From positions 32,001-96,000 of IMG/VR virus record IMGVR_UViG_3300042884_001120: 64,000 nt of DNA; one strand, 5' to 3'. The stretch is from a virus. The notes below the pieces were generated by a model. It saw only the letters and a program-made list of their open reading frames with translations. It was not told the origin of the DNA and searched no databases. Positions 55,749-64,000 of the stretch are shown one piece after another (the stretch's first letter is position 1; each line of letters starts with the position of its first letter). The position numbers were made by a program, and so were the translations under genes.

Positions 55749-57349
55749 TATATTGAAAAAATTGATGTTTCTGCGGTATCGCTTATAGTGAAAGAATACG
55801 TATATCCATTATCTTCTGCTCGCAAATTTCTTTCAACTCTATCTTCAACTCTTAATCTATTGCTAAAACCCACAGTATATAAATTTAAAATTTCTATTGC
55901 CTTGTTTCTTACTAACGAAGTTTTGTCATCCGAAGTTTCAAAAGTTGCACTACCCTGCACTGAAATTTGTCCACGACTAAACATATTTAAATTAAAAGCA
56001 CCATTATTGCCATCAAGATATTGTATTGGATTGTATTTATTTATTGAAGGGGTTATTGACAAATTCCATTCAAAAGTTTTAAAACCAGCTGGTGGAATCT
56101 GACTGTTATCAAAACTTGACTGGATAGAAATAGTTCCATTTATTCTATCTCTCTTAACGCTATAATTTTTAGCGTTGGTATTCATCGGTAAACTGGGATT
56201 AGTTACATTTTGTAAATAAAATTGTTGGCATAGTGGTATTATATTTAAATTATTTAAAGCGGCCTCTGCTTTGGCCAATCTACTGGATTCTGGCCCCCTT
56301 GCTGTTAAAGTTCCATTAAAACCAACCGAAACCTGATCGGTTAGAAATTCGTTATTAATATCTATATTATAATCGAATTTTATATCTTGAGGATCACTTG
56401 TGTAACTATAATTAAAATCTATCTTGTTATCAATGTCGTTCTCGTTAATTGAAAAACTTTCTGGCTCAATATTTAAATAAGTATAATTTGTTAATTTAGT
56501 AAAATTAGTTAATGTTATATTATATGGTTTAAAATTAGCAAACTCTGCTCTTAACTGCGCCATTGTTTTACATGACCCGCCATCTAAATTTCCATTAATA
56601 GATGCGGTATACAAACCTCTCTCATCATCATAATCAGCATCTACATTATAAGATATTATGCTAGAAGTTCTTGCGCCTTTTCTTAAAAGATAATCAATAT
56701 CAATGCTGTACTCGGAATTAAATCTATTAACTGTTTCTGAAATTTTTCTTGGACACAAGTTAGATTGCGATGGCGTAATATTAATAAATTTCGGCAGAAT
56801 TAAAGAACTAACCCCAGTTAAAGATTGTACATAAGACCTAGCATTACTTAGGGCATTATTTGTACCATTTGAAGTATTAAATCCTCGCGCTGAAAATGAT
56901 CTAGTAATTGCCACTGTTCCATCTTGCTGTTCCGTATATTTAATAGTAGAGACCGGATCTAACACCCCATATGTACCCGTAAATAAGTTTTCCGAATAAG
57001 ATGTTAAATCTATAGTAAAATTTAACATACCAACATAATTAGACTGATCAAAGTCAATAGAGTTTACTTTTATATATTTACCACTAAAAAGAGATTGCCC
57101 ATCTTGTTTGATTTCAAGATTTTTAAAATCCTCACGAAAACCAGAAAAAACCTTGTTTTGTTTAAATATTAAATCTGAATAGGAATCAGAGCATATACCA
57201 GTAACCATTCCCTGTAATGTTATCTTTTTTGACACGCCCCATCTCTGACCATAACTAATAAACTCGTCATCAATACCTATGAATGGCGTAGGTGCTACGC
57301 CACTAAAAACATCAATTCCATTGTAAAAAACCTTTACCATAAGTACCAA
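55748..57349 (-). CDS. putative tail protein
   Basis: Beta-rich, in the tail module, GTGTAA motif upstream; start could instead be ATG 57340. Confidence 0.65.
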   Translation of the reverse strand: MVLMVKVFYNGIDVFSGVAPTPFIGIDDEFISYGQRWGVSKKITLQGMVTGICSDSYSDLIFKQNKVFSGFREDFKNLEIKQDGQSLFSGKYIKVNSIDFDQSNYVGMLNFTIDLTSYSENLFTGTYGVLDPVSTIKYTEQQDGTVAITRSFSARGFNTSNGTNNALSNARSYVQSLTGVSSLILPKFINITPSQSNLCPRKISETVNRFNSEYSIDIDYLLRKGARTSSIISYNVDADYDDERGLYTASINGNLDGGSCKTMAQLRAEFANFKPYNITLTNFTKLTNYTYLNIEPESFSINENDIDNKIDFNYSYTSDPQDIKFDYNIDINNEFLTDQVSVGFNGTLTARGPESSRLAKAEAALNNLNIIPLCQQFYLQNVTNPSLPMNTNAKNYSVKRDRINGTISIQSSFDNSQIPPAGFKTFEWNLSITPSINKYNPIQYLDGNNGAFNLNMFSRGQISVQGSATFETSDDKTSLVRNKAIEILNLYTVGFSNRLRVEDRVERNLRAEDNGYTYSFTISDTAETSIFSI

Positions 57350-57374
57350 TACTTATTTACACTTTTTTGAACAC

Positions 57375-58913
57375 TTATGGCAATGAAGTTATCGATGCAT
57401 TTAGAGAAAAACTTCTTGAAAATGGGTTATAAGTATAGCTAACATCAGATAAAAACTCGCTAGAGCTATTTAATGGCGATATATAAGACTTAGCGGCCGC
57501 CAAGTAAGTGCCCAAACTGGTTGTAGCCTTACCATTCAAGTTTACAGTATAGGAAATTGTATTTGGTAATAAATTTGGCTGTTTTTGTAATATTTCCTTA
57601 TAATTAACAATATTAAAAGTACTGGCCAAGTTTCTATTAAAAGTTTTACTAATTGTTATTAGAGCTTTTCTTACATCTATATTGCTACCCAAATTAGAAT
57701 CGGAATTTGTATATTTTACAGTATAATCTACTTTTCCAGCAACCTTGTTAAATGTAGTTGACTGTGTAACAATTTTAATACCATTAACATAAGAAGATAA
57801 TCTTGAAGATATATTTGGACTAATTGCTAGCCAACCGTTTCTAGCATTTTGATATTTTACATCTATAATATGGTCAAAACCAACAACACTTCCCTGTTCT
57901 GTCAGTGTATATTGCCCAGCTTCCGATTTATCTACTGTAATTTCATATTGCCAATAGTAAGAGCTTTGAATTCTTTCTGTATTAGAGAAAACTATAGTAT
58001 AACTAACAGTGCCCTCAAATGGGGCCGCTGCCCAAGATTTAGTTATTGGATTTGTAGCTAAAGTATTATTACTAGCAGTTGGTAGGTAGTTTGTAAAAAT
58101 AGTATTACATCTTGAATAAGCATTAGCAATATCAGCTTTTGCCTGAGTGTTTGCAGTATCAAATGCAGTTGTTGTATGTCCAACATATTCAGCTTTTTCT
58201 GTTATTTTACCAACGCCAGCGTTATCAAAATCAATACTATGACTTAAACTTAAAGAGTAAACAGAATTAGAGTCTTTATTTATTTCAAAATTTCTTGAGA
58301 ATTGATACTCATTATTAATACTATCATAACTTTCATCGTAGTATTTTTTAATCTGCGAATCGTTGTATTTATTTCCAACAGTATTAATTAAATTATTATT
58401 GTTAAAGAAGTTTTCGGCCATTGTTTTGGCCGCTGTAACTGCGTCCAAAGAATACGGCCCCTTTAAACTAAAATTAATCGACTGCGAATAATTATCTTTA
58501 TTTAAGTTACGATCAAACGTACTAGATTCCGAGAAGTTCTCCAAGTACTTGGAATAAGTAAATATTAGTCCACCATAATCAGTTCCCAATAAACTAGAAA
58601 AATCCCCTTCTTCTGGAATGTCTATATTGACAGTGTAAGTTTTTGTTCTTACGTCATTACCATTGGCAAAACTAATACTTGTTATTGTACCAAGTCCAAA
58701 ATCATTACCATTAATTACTATTGGTTGCCAATTTTCAGAATCTAGTTCAAAAGATTTTAAATCAGTAATAATGCCAGTAACACCATCAGAATTTGTCAGG
58801 TCTAATAATAAACCTTCTATAGCTAATTTTTTAACTGTTCTATAACGAACTGTATCTGAAAAAAACTCAGAAGTTCTGGAAACAGAAAGTAATGTAGCAT
58901 TATTAAAGTTCAT
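57375..58913 (-). CDS. putative tail protein immediately downstream of the tape measure
   Basis: Synteny; beta-rich composition similar to 55748..57349. Confidence 0.65.
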   Translation of the reverse strand: MNFNNATLLSVSRTSEFFSDTVRYRTVKKLAIEGLLLDLTNSDGVTGIITDLKSFELDSENWQPIVINGNDFGLGTITSISFANGNDVRTKTYTVNIDIPEEGDFSSLLGTDYGGLIFTYSKYLENFSESSTFDRNLNKDNYSQSINFSLKGPYSLDAVTAAKTMAENFFNNNNLINTVGNKYNDSQIKKYYDESYDSINNEYQFSRNFEINKDSNSVYSLSLSHSIDFDNAGVGKITEKAEYVGHTTTAFDTANTQAKADIANAYSRCNTIFTNYLPTASNNTLATNPITKSWAAAPFEGTVSYTIVFSNTERIQSSYYWQYEITVDKSEAGQYTLTEQGSVVGFDHIIDVKYQNARNGWLAISPNISSRLSSYVNGIKIVTQSTTFNKVAGKVDYTVKYTNSDSNLGSNIDVRKALITISKTFNRNLASTFNIVNYKEILQKQPNLLPNTISYTVNLNGKATTSLGTYLAAAKSYISPLNSSSEFLSDVSYTYNPFSRSFSLNASITSLP

Positions 58914-58916
58914 TTA

Positions 58917-61900
58917 TTAAGTGATGTTAAGACCAAGAACGTTGAAAAGAGGTTTTGGTTTTTTGGGCGGCGGATTTAAACTTGGATCCTTAGTTACGGT
59001 TGCGGCTGCTATTGCCTCTACTTTGGCTAATCTTCCCTGTATAACATCAATAATTTCCTGATCAACACCTTGAAGCTCTTGTTGAATTTGTTGCCCCTGA
59101 GCTTGTGATGCGGCATTTATTGCGATTGTAATTGGAGAATTAAAACTAAGAGATGATTCGCCCGCTTGTGCTTGAGTCATATTTCTTTGAGTTTCTTCTT
59201 TTTGTCTTTGTATAACATCCATTTCCCCCTGAGTACTTAGCATCATACCCTGATATGGATTTGCTAGAGGGGAACCCGGTAAGGTCTGAGCCCTTTGTGA
59301 TTCAAGTGCGGCATCTGGCATTGTGAACCTTTCTCTATACATTTGGTTAGGTGCTGATTCTAGTAAATTACGCCCACCCATTAAAGCCGCACTATTCATG
59401 CCAACAGCTGGATTAAATATTGTTGACAAGTCTCCCCCTTTTTGTACTTCTTGTGCCGCCATGCCCGGAAGCTGCGCACCTTGTCCAGCTAACCCTCCCA
59501 AAATACTTACCATATTAGAAAGATAGCCATTTGACATTCCTATCTGCGTTGTAAAAACATCTCCTAGACTTCTTATTCCGTCTGGAATTTTATTGACCTC
59601 TTCTGTAGCCGCGCCGTATGTTGCCGATAAAGCAGCGCCTTCCGGACCTAGTTTGCTTATTATATCAGATTGCTTGCCCCTAAGTTGTTCAACTCGCGCG
59701 CTTTGTATATTAGCATCAGTTGGCTTAAATGCTATACCAGCCTTAACCTTTGCCGCCTCCATCAAGCCCTGTTCTGAAGTAAGCGCACCAGTGGTTTGCC
59801 TAACGGTTCTTGCAGCCATTGCTGGATCCAAACCAACTTTCGCTAAATTAGCCTCAATTGACGCCTGTTGTTTTTGACCAATTTTAGCCATAGATTCTAC
59901 CGCCATTTGATACATTGGATTGCTTGTGTCTATAGTGCCTCCTGTGGCTTGATAGGCTTTTATCCAATCGCTAGCGGCCTGTCCCCTTTGTTCGTCCGTA
60001 GCTGTCGTGTCTTTTTGTACGGCAATAAAATTATCTGTGGCCTCTGTAAATTTATCTGACACTGAATTGTCTCCCATTCCGCCATCGTTAAACATCTGAT
60101 CCATCGTTCCACCCAATTTATCCATTTCCTGAATAGTTACTTTAATTAACTCGTCCAGACGCTGAACAGTTTTGGTAGCAGCATCTTTTTGCGCAGCGAA
60201 TAGTAATTTATTATTACTATTGAATGTTTCTCTAAGTTTATTAAGCTGCTCCTCATCTTTAACCCCATTTTCTTTTAATGCAGAAATCATTCCCTCAGTA
60301 TCATATTGCTCTAATGGGCCCAAGGGCCCTTGTATTGTATTAGTTTTAACTGACCCAATTTTAGCAGATATATCTTGAATTTTTTTTGAAAAATCTTGAT
60401 TGCCAGTCACTCCAGATAAGTCACCTAACTGACCTCTTATATCATTATACTGACTAAAATCTTTAACTCCAGTGGCTGTTGGTATTGCTTTTTCGAACGC
60501 TGTATTCAAAGACTGTTTAATGGCCTCATCTATGTCTGCCGCAGATTTAGTTTGCTGTGCGCCAATAGTATCTTGATATATATTTTTTGTTTTAAGGTTT
60601 GATGCAGCTTTTTCAAACCCAAGTGCCTCTAAAATATCAACCTGTCCAGTTGATTTTGTTCTTTTAAAATCCGAAGCAAATTCTGCACCTGAAGTTGCAA
60701 TGCTTGTTCTCGTTGCAATATCCATACTTGATATTACTTTTTTCAACTTGTTTTCAAAATCTTGCAAGGCTTTTACGGCCGCCTGATTACGATCCACAAA
60801 ACCCTTGGCCGTATTCCTAGCCCCATCTAGTCTTATTCTTTTTTCTTCTGAAATTGCCTTGGCTAAATCTTGTGCAAAACTCTGCCAAGAATTTCCAAAC
60901 TGTTGTTCTAATTTTCCAGCTTGCTCCTCAGTAAGTCCTAGCGCACCTCTCAATTTACTTAAATCAATAGTTGCAGATGATAATTCATCACCCATTGCCT
61001 TAAGTTCAGCGTCAGTCTTTCCGCTAATAGCTTGCTTTGATATTTGCGCACCAAATTGTTCTTTATTAATTTTTCCGCCAATAGCGGCTTCAGCAATAGA
61101 AGTTGACTGAACTGCCGCTCCTTGTTTTGCTAGTCTATCACTTAAAGTTTTTAATACATCAGTTAGATTTTTTTGAGTTTTTGCGAAATCAAGACCACCA
61201 GCACTTATAGCCTTTTGTGCTTCTGGACTTGCATTACTTGCGATAGCTCTAATTTCTTTTTCTAACGCTACGGCCTCTCTAGAACCAGCATTACCACCTT
61301 GTCTTAATTCTTGCAGTTGTTCTAATTTTGGAAGTACAGCTTGAGTAACTTCGGCAAGCCTTGATTGCTCTTCCGATGTTTTTTTGGTGGATGCCTGCAA
61401 TTCTGGAAGGTTTGTCCTCGACTCATTTAACGCTTTAGTCCAAGCAGTTAATCCGCCGACAGCCAAACCAAGCGCCCCACCAATAGCGGTTCCGACAGGC
61501 CCTAAGGCGCTACCAACTAAAGCCCCAGTACCAGCGGCAGATAGGGCGGTTCCAATGCCAGTAACTGCGGCAGATTTAACTCTACCTTCTTTATTTGTGG
61601 TATCTATAGATGAGGCAACGGTTTCAGCTATAATCGGTGCAAAAGCCAACGCTGTTCCAGCAGCGCCAGCACCAGCCTGTAGCCTTGATGCGTTACGGGC
61701 GCCACGACTCAGTGTTTCGGCACCACCAGCTTGAATTGTTTTTAGTTTTGCGCGCCTGTCTTTAATTTCTTGGGCAAGCTGATTTCTTTCCTGCGTCTGT
61801 GTTGCGCTTAATTGTTTTGCCGCCTCACGCCTCTGGGAAATTTCTTCGGTAGTAACCTGTATTAAAGCCGCTTTTCTTGTGGCAATTTCTTCTTGATACG

Positions 61901-64000
61901 AGCGCTTGACATTTGGAATTTGAAAAGCTAGTAGTGTTGCAAAACTTGTAAGTTGCGCGCCAACAGCTGTAACAGTTGAACTAATACTAGTACCATCTCC
62001 CTCTGCAAAATTTGGTATATATCCCTTTGCATAACCACGATTTGACATCGCGCGTTTATCGGCTGAGGTAGAGCCCTCGTCTCGCTTGTTAAACACGCCA
62101 ACACCCATTGGATTACTAGAATTTACTAGCTCTGGATATTGTCTGGTATATATGCCGCTCTTCGGTACTCCAGCGCCAATTTCGCGTGATATTGATTCGT
62201 TTAAGGCATTTGCAAAGTTAGGAATATAGCCACTTGCAAATCCGGGCTTTCTTCTTGCTGGCTTACCGGGTGCTTTTCTTTTCGTTCGCTGTTCGGCACT
62301 GCTTCCAAGTATGGCATCTCTACCACCCCTTTCTTTAATAACTTTATCAGCAAAACTTAAAAGATTACCAGAAGATGCGGATACTTTAAAATCAGCAAGA
62401 TTTCCAGCATAACCAAATAATTGTTTTAATTTATCAGCGTTTTGTCCACCCCTTACGTCAAAATCTCCCATATTTGCTGTAGATTTTGCCGCTATATAAT
62501 CTAACGATTTAGATATAGCAACTTCAAACGCAGACCCAACAAAACCCTGTAAAGCGCCATAAGCACCCCTAGACCCACCATCTTTTTCACTTAAAAAACT
62601 CTGACTCAGAACTGATTCATCAACACCCTGACCAAGTGGTTGTAAAGTTTTTATATAATCAGCAACTGTCTGTAATCCTTGTTTTTTTATCAACTCATTT
62701 AAATTACCAGCTGGTTTTACTGCGCCCTTTTTATATCCACGGACTGGTATATCCGTTACTAATATATCTCTATTATTTTTTCCAACTGAACTTGCGTTCG
62801 GAAATGTTCCATATTCTGGAACTAACACGCTTGCATTAGAGTTTATACTAGTTTTTGCATTAGATTCTGCAAAATTAGGAATATATCCACGACCATACAT
62901 TGGAATAACAGCAGAATCACCATTTTTACCAAATCTTGGTATTTCCACTTCTTCACTATTCTTAATAAATTTCTTACCACCAATAGTTCCTCTACTTAAT
63001 TGCGCCCTTGGGTTTTTAGCACCTAATGCTTTAGCTTGCGCTTCTTCCATTGCGTACTGATCAGCAAAATTTGGAATATAACCAGCGGCTTTCGTAGTTA
63101 CTGGGACTTGACTGCCCTTTGGAACTCTAACACCAGCGCCAAATAAATTTTTTGATATTTGGGAAGTTAATGCGGCCTGTTGCTGCATTTGTGTAGTTTG
63201 TTGCTGAAGAACTGTTAATAAAACCTGAGAAGCCTGATTGACACTCATTGCCCCACTCGCCATTTGTTGATACAGCTGTGGATTTTTTGCTAATATTGCA
63301 GAAATACTAGCTTGAATACCTTGCTGTTGAGATGCCGTTGCGTTTAAACCTAGCAACTCCTTCACACTTCCTGCTGAAAATTTTGCGAAGTCTCCAAAAA
63401 GTTTTAACAAAACACCACCAACAAGTGCCAAACCGGGACCAGCGATAATATCTCCTAGCCCCTTTAAGATGCCATTTCCAATTTTGCCGCCAACACTTTC
63501 GCTATCTACATTATTTAAAGACTCTAATAAACTATTTCCTCCACCAACTAAATTTTCTAGCGCTGGGCCAAAAAGAGACTCTCCAGATTTTGCGGCAAAC
63601 TGGGTTGCATTTTGCTTTAGGGCGTTAACTTGCGCAGCTAAAGTTTTGTTTAATTGATCATTTCTTGTAATCGCCTCGTTTGTCGCAGTAGAAGATATTT
63701 GAACTGCGTTATTATAAACAGAATACTCTTTACCCAAATCAGATAGGGCAGCTTTTAAAATGTTAATCTGGAAAACACCACCGACAGCTTCAGCAACCGA
63801 AGCCTGTTGTTGAGAGCCAAGAGTATCATAAACCTTTCCAAGATCTTTTAATAAATCAATAGTTGATCTTAGTTGTCCACTAGCATCCGTAGTTTCGATA
63901 CCGAGACTACCAAGTAAGTCAACAACCTTACCACGCTGAAGCCTTGTAAAAATTGTCTTAAACGAGTTACCAATAACTGCACCACCACGGGCAGTTGTCT
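58917..64000 (-). CDS. tail tape measure protein (TP901-type core), 5'-truncated by the window edge
   Basis: Frame is open to the window edge: TTARGGAVIGNSFKTIFTRLQR...VAEAVGGVFQINIL. Ala/Gln/Gly-rich helices, hydrophobic segments, four GYIPNFA repeats. Confidence 0.92.
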   Translation of the reverse strand, partial: TTARGGAVIGNSFKTIFTRLQRGKVVDLLGSLGIETTDASGQLRSTIDLLKDLGKVYDTLGSQQQASVAEAVGGVFQINILKAALSDLGKEYSVYNNAVQISSTATNEAITRNDQLNKTLAAQVNALKQNATQFAAKSGESLFGPALENLVGGGNSLLESLNNVDSESVGGKIGNGILKGLGDIIAGPGLALVGGVLLKLFGDFAKFSAGSVKELLGLNATASQQQGIQASISAILAKNPQLYQQMASGAMSVNQASQVLLTVLQQQTTQMQQQAALTSQISKNLFGAGVRVPKGSQVPVTTKAAGYIPNFADQYAMEEAQAKALGAKNPRAQLSRGTIGGKKFIKNSEEVEIPRFGKNGDSAVIPMYGRGYIPNFAESNAKTSINSNASVLVPEYGTFPNASSVGKNNRDILVTDIPVRGYKKGAVKPAGNLNELIKKQGLQTVADYIKTLQPLGQGVDESVLSQSFLSEKDGGSRGAYGALQGFVGSAFEVAISKSLDYIAAKSTANMGDFDVRGGQNADKLKQLFGYAGNLADFKVSASSGNLLSFADKVIKERGGRDAILGSSAEQRTKRKAPGKPARRKPGFASGYIPNFANALNESISREIGAGVPKSGIYTRQYPELVNSSNPMGVGVFNKRDEGSTSADKRAMSNRGYAKGYIPNFAEGDGTSISSTVTAVGAQLTSFATLLAFQIPNVKRSYQEEIATRKAALIQVTTEEISQRREAAKQLSATQTQERNQLAQEIKDRRAKLKTIQAGGAETLSRGARNASRLQAGAGAAGTALAFAPIIAETVASSIDTTNKEGRVKSAAVTGIGTALSAAGTGALVGSALGPVGTAIGGALGLAVGGLTAWTKALNESRTNLPELQASTKKTSEEQSRLAEVTQAVLPKLEQLQELRQGGNAGSREAVALEKEIRAIASNASPEAQKAISAGGLDFAKTQKNLTDVLKTLSDRLAKQGAAVQSTSIAEAAIGGKINKEQFGAQISKQAISGKTDAELKAMGDELSSATIDLSKLRGALGLTEEQAGKLEQQFGNSWQSFAQDLAKAISEEKRIRLDGARNTAKGFVDRNQAAVKALQDFENKLKKVISSMDIATRTSIATSGAEFASDFKRTKSTGQVDILEALGFEKAASNLKTKNIYQDTIGAQQTKSAADIDEAIKQSLNTAFEKAIPTATGVKDFSQYNDIRGQLGDLSGVTGNQDFSKKIQDISAKIGSVKTNTIQGPLGPLEQYDTEGMISALKENGVKDEEQLNKLRETFNSNNKLLFAAQKDAATKTVQRLDELIKVTIQEMDKLGGTMDQMFNDGGMGDNSVSDKFTEATDNFIAVQKDTTATDEQRGQAASDWIKAYQATGGTIDTSNPMYQMAVESMAKIGQKQQASIEANLAKVGLDPAMAARTVRQTTGALTSEQGLMEAAKVKAGIAFKPTDANIQSARVEQLRGKQSDIISKLGPEGAALSATYGAATEEVNKIPDGIRSLGDVFTTQIGMSNGYLSNMVSILGGLAGQGAQLPGMAAQEVQKGGDLSTIFNPAVGMNSAALMGGRNLLESAPNQMYRERFTMPDAALESQRAQTLPGSPLANPYQGMMLSTQGEMDVIQRQKEETQRNMTQAQAGESSLSFNSPITIAINAASQAQGQQIQQELQGVDQEIIDVIQGRLAKVEAIAAATVTKDPSLNPPPKKPKPLFNVLGLNIT

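Noticed and set aside
59323-63657. Multiple + strand ORFs of 60-116 aa
   Set aside because: They are antisense to the tape measure gene and have no start signals; the same applies to most short opposite-strand ORFs in the track.
1-64000. Alternative genetic code (TAG or TGA reassignment)
   Set aside because: Long genes are intact in code 11, several end in TAG or TGA, and read-through of the TAG at 25710 would not restore the GT9 frame.

Overview
The window is an AT-rich, densely coding segment of a large tailed dsDNA bacteriophage (Caudoviricetes) in the standard genetic code. No rRNA, tRNA, CRISPR array or integrase was seen. From left to right it holds: (1) a truncated GT60-like GlcNAc transferase and several putative late/virion genes; (2) thyX, a MazG-like pyrophosphatase and a MoxR-AAA/VWA pair; (3) a leftward replication block with a family-C polymerase split into PHP, 3'-5' exonuclease and catalytic genes, plus ClpP, a RecB-like nuclease, dCMP deaminase, primase, DnaB, dNMP kinase, RecA, nrdAB, an SSB-like protein and a sigma factor, with two free-standing LAGLIDADG endonucleases and a glycosyl/methyltransferase cluster interleaved; (4) a divergence point near 35 kb with three tandem-GA-mismatch hairpins; (5) more glycosyltransferases and a Rad52-like protein; (6) a leftward tail module ending in a truncated tape measure gene. 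The most notable features are 8 glycosyltransferase genes, gmd and 2 methyltransferases beside putative virion proteins packed with Ser-Gly/Thr-Gly dipeptides (candidate virion O-glycosylation system); a GT9 gene broken by GGT-TA-GGT (candidate ribosomal stop-hop); a GT9 split across two genes; a recurring GTGTAA promoter-like motif; and a tape measure with GYIPNFA-delimited modules, one nuclease-like. All family calls come from motif recognition by eye, not database searches.
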